This document shows positions 61,319 through 64,000 of a DNA stretch of 64,000 bases, one piece after another. The translations under genes and the position numbers were made by a program. The notes beneath the pieces are model-generated. The model made no database searches, was not told the DNA's origin, and saw only the letters and a program-made list of their open reading frames with translations. This stretch comes from an uncultured bacterium (lineage in GTDB: Bacteria > Armatimonadota > Abditibacteriia > Abditibacteriales > Abditibacteriaceae): NCBI GenBank assembly GCA_963843795.1, contig CAWJLW010000006.1:682001-746000 (forward strand), given 5' to 3'. Every line of letters starts with the position of its first letter. Position 1 is the stretch's first letter.

Positions 61319-61837
61319 TCACTCCGCCACCGCTTCATCGCGCACAACCAACAATTTCTTGTCGAAATCTGTGCTCACGATTAATTCCGGCACCCCGGGA
61401 ATCATCGCTTGGGCTGTCACATAAATCGGATGCGCTTTGGATTCCAAAATTTCCTCGATTGTGCCCAATTCACGCCCGCTTTGCGTTTGCACGTTGAGGC
61501 CAAGCAATTGATCGAAATAAAATTCGTCGTCGGGCAACTCCGGGCGCATCGAAAGATGAATCCACAATTGCGCGCCTTTCATCGCTTGCGCGTCTTCGGG
61601 CGACAAATCGCAATCGCAAATCCACGAGTGGCCTTGAGCGCGTGAGGCACGAATTTTCAGTAAACGCTTGCCGCCCTGCCAATCGACGGCGACGGTTTTA
61701 CCAACGGCGAACCGATCTTCGACCGGCGAATACGATTGGATTTTTAAATCGGCGCGGTTCCAGTGACCGCTGACGCGACCGACCAAAACCGTCCAATTCT
61801 CTAAATCTTCCTTGATGGAATCGTTTAAATCTTCCAT
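61319..61837 (-). CDS. rimM: 16S rRNA processing protein RimM
   Basis: Position in the rpsP-khpA-rimM-trmD operon; VGRVSG and PELPDDEFYFDQLLGL motifs. Confidence 0.9.
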   Translation of the reverse strand: MEDLNDSIKEDLENWTVLVGRVSGHWNRADLKIQSYSPVEDRFAVGKTVAVDWQGGKRLLKIRASRAQGHSWICDCDLSPEDAQAMKGAQLWIHLSMRPELPDDEFYFDQLLGLNVQTQSGRELGTIEEILESKAHPIYVTAQAMIPGVPELIVSTDFDKKLLVVRDEAVAE

Positions 61838-61918
61838 AAAACACGCAGCAAAAAACGCGGCGCACCACAAATGCTTGTCGCTGAGAGCTGCAAGTACTTG
61901 CGGATGCACAACCGCGTT

Positions 61919-62260
61919 TTAGCGTTCGTCCACCAGTTCTAAGGGCGAATCGTCGGTTAGAATTTCAATCGAAACGCGCTCACCAGTCTTGGTCGCCGAG
62001 GCTTTCACCAAGGAACGCAGCGCATTGGCGACACGACCATCGCGGCCAATCACACGTCCGATATCTTCTTCATGAACGCGCACGCCATAAACCGAGCCGA
62101 CATTATCGAAAAATTCTTCGACTTCGACTTCGTCGGGATGGCCAACGATATTCTGCACCAGATAACCGACCAGCTCGATTAAACGCGCGTCTTCTGCGGC
62201 GGGCACGTCGTAGGCTGAGACATCGAATTCATCGTCCTGCGTGTTTTGATCGTCACTCAT
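61919..62260 (-). CDS. khpA: KH-domain RNA-binding protein
   Basis: DIGRVIGRDGRVANALR; position after rpsP. Confidence 0.9.
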   Translation of the reverse strand: MSDDQNTQDDEFDVSAYDVPAAEDARLIELVGYLVQNIVGHPDEVEVEEFFDNVGSVYGVRVHEEDIGRVIGRDGRVANALRSLVKASATKTGERVSIEILTDDSPLELVDER

Positions 62261-62283
62261 AACGTTTTCTCACACGAAAAAAA

Positions 62284-62616
62284 TTAGGCAACAGCTTCGG
62301 CAGGCTTGGCTTCTTCGGACGCGACCGGCGCAGTTTCATTCTGAGCGGCTTCGGCAGGAATCACTTTGTTGCTGGAATCGGTGATACCAGCTTTGCGCAG
62401 CAAGGACGCCACCGTTTCGCTGGGCGAAGCACCCTGACTGAGCCATTTACGTGCTTTGTCGCCATCAATTTCGCAAACCGAAGGCTGACGTGTCGGCAGA
62501 TAATAACCGATGCTGTCGATAAAACGGCCATCGCGCGGGCTATTCTGATCGGCGACCACAATACGATACGCCGGGTTGTTCTTGGCGCCGGTACGGCGCA
62601 AACGAATACGAACCAT
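62284..62616 (-). CDS. rpsP: 30S ribosomal protein S16
   Basis: MVRIRLRRTG and YRIVVAD...PRDGRFI motifs. Confidence 0.98.
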   Translation of the reverse strand: MVRIRLRRTGAKNNPAYRIVVADQNSPRDGRFIDSIGYYLPTRQPSVCEIDGDKARKWLSQGASPSETVASLLRKAGITDSSNKVIPAEAAQNETAPVASEEAKPAEAVA

Positions 62617-62691
62617 AATCTTGTTTTCTCTCCAATAATCCACGCAAACGCCCTGCAAGTACTTGCAGGGCGGAATACGCAACCTTTTATT

Positions 62692-64000
62692 CTATCTCAT
62701 TTTACCTAAAGGGTTAAAGTGCCGGGGCACTTTCATTTTACCATTAGCCATCGCGCTCATCTGGCGCAGCATCTTACGCATATCACGAAACTGGCCTAAA
62801 AGACGATTCACATCTTGCACGCTCGTTCCCGAACCTGCGGCGATGCGGCGTTTTCGACTGCCATTAATGATTTCCGGATCGCGGCGTTCTTTAAACGTCA
62901 TCGAGCGCACAATCGCTTCGACGCGACCCAGAGCCTTTTCGTCGATATTCAAGGCGCCGCCGCCTTGTTGCGCCATCATTTTGCTGGCTCCGGGAATCAT
63001 GCCGAGCAAATTTTCCAGCGGCCCCATTTTTCGCACTTCTTGCATTTGCTGCAAAAAGTCGTCGAAATCGAAGTTGCCTTCGCGCAACTTCGCTTCCATG
63101 TGCTCGGCCTGCTTCTGTGTGATCGAATGTTCGGCCTTTTCAATCAAGGTCAAAACATCGCCCATTCCCAAAATGCGCCCGGCCATGCGGTCGGGATGGA
63201 ACGGTTCGATAGCGTCCAGCTTTTCACCCAGGCCAACAAACTTCACGGGCACGCCCGTGACCGCGCGCACCGATAGAATTGCGCCGCCGCGCGCATCGCC
63301 ATCCAATTTGGTTAAAACCACGCCGGTCAGCGGCAGGATTTCATTGAAGGCTTGAGCAGCATTGACCGCATCCTGACCAGTCATCGCATCCAAAGCCAGC
63401 AGAGTTTCGTGCGGTTGTGCGACTTCATGCACGCGACGCACTTCTTCCATCATCGCTTCATCGACGTGCAGGCGACCTGCAGTATCGAGAATGACCACAT
63501 CGTGCGCGTGTTCGCGCGCGTATTTAATGCCCGCCTGCGCGATTTGCGCGGGCGGGGCTGTCCCCATTTCAAAGACCGCCGCGCCGATTTGTTTGCCCAC
63601 CGTTTGTAATTGCAAAATCGCGCCGGGACGGTAAATGTCGCAGGCTACCAAGAGTGGTTTTTTGCCATCGCGCTTGAAAATACCAGCGATTTTGGCGGCA
63701 GTTGTGGTTTTTCCCGTGCCCTGCAAGCCAGCCAGCAGAATAATGGTTGGTGCTTGCGATGACCAGTTGAGGCGATGAATTTGTCCGCCCAGAAGTTTGG
63801 TCAGCTCGTCGCGCACGATGGCGATAACTTGCTGATCGGGCGAAAGCGATTCGAGTACGTCGGCACCGATAGCGCGCGCGCGCAAATTGGCGACGAATTC
63901 TTTGACAATTTTAAAGTTAACGTCAGCTTCGAGCAGCGCCAAACGCACTTCGCGCAGGGCAGCGTCTACATCGGCTTCGGTGACGCGCCCTTTGCCGCGC
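62692..64000 (-). CDS. ffh: Signal recognition particle protein (5' end lies outside the window)
   Basis: ALLEADV, GLQGTGKTT, DTAGR, TKLDGDARGG and RIAAGSG motifs. Confidence 0.97.
   Translation of the reverse strand, partial: RGKGRVTEADVDAALREVRLALLEADVNFKIVKEFVANLRARAIGADVLESLSPDQQVIAIVRDELTKLLGGQIHRLNWSSQAPTIILLAGLQGTGKTTTAAKIAGIFKRDGKKPLLVACDIYRPGAILQLQTVGKQIGAAVFEMGTAPPAQIAQAGIKYAREHAHDVVILDTAGRLHVDEAMMEEVRRVHEVAQPHETLLALDAMTGQDAVNAAQAFNEILPLTGVVLTKLDGDARGGAILSVRAVTGVPVKFVGLGEKLDAIEPFHPDRMAGRILGMGDVLTLIEKAEHSITQKQAEHMEAKLREGNFDFDDFLQQMQEVRKMGPLENLLGMIPGASKMMAQQGGGALNIDEKALGRVEAIVRSMTFKERRDPEIINGSRKRRIAAGSGTSVQDVNRLLGQFRDMRKMLRQMSAMANGKMKVPRHFNPLGKMR

Overview
Bacterial chromosomal window of about 50 genes. 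Gene content and style suggest an Abditibacteriota/Armatimonadota-like diderm, which is an inference only. Housekeeping genes include moaE, nadE, rpoN, comEC, ligA, ppdK, ung, mutS2, rnhB and the ffh-rpsP-khpA-rimM-trmD-rplS-lepB cluster. Accessory genes include sugar-processing enzymes, three tandem secretins, a PilB/GspE ATPase, a PAS-GGDEF-EAL protein, a STAND cyclase, stress genes, a PemK-type toxin-antitoxin pair and an HsdR-N-like nuclease. I saw no rRNA, tRNA, CRISPR array or transposase. The strongest unexplained signal is a highly iterated perfect palindrome, GCAAGTACTTGC (usually TGCAAGTACTTGCA). I counted 40 exact copies by eye, about 1 per 1.6 kb, plus more than 10 near-variants. 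It forms the centre of many terminator-like hairpins and also sits in-frame inside proteins in all three frames (QVLA, ASTC, KYL). It behaves like a DNA-uptake-sequence or HIP1-type genome-wide signal, but the motif matches neither. A second signal is six correctly oriented sigma54 -24/-12 motifs, all upstream of general-stress-type or small hypothetical genes, together with an RpoN carrying a zinc-ribbon insert. Three genes carry single-base frameshifts, two of them in or next to an AAGTACTT core. Coordinates and counts were read by hand.
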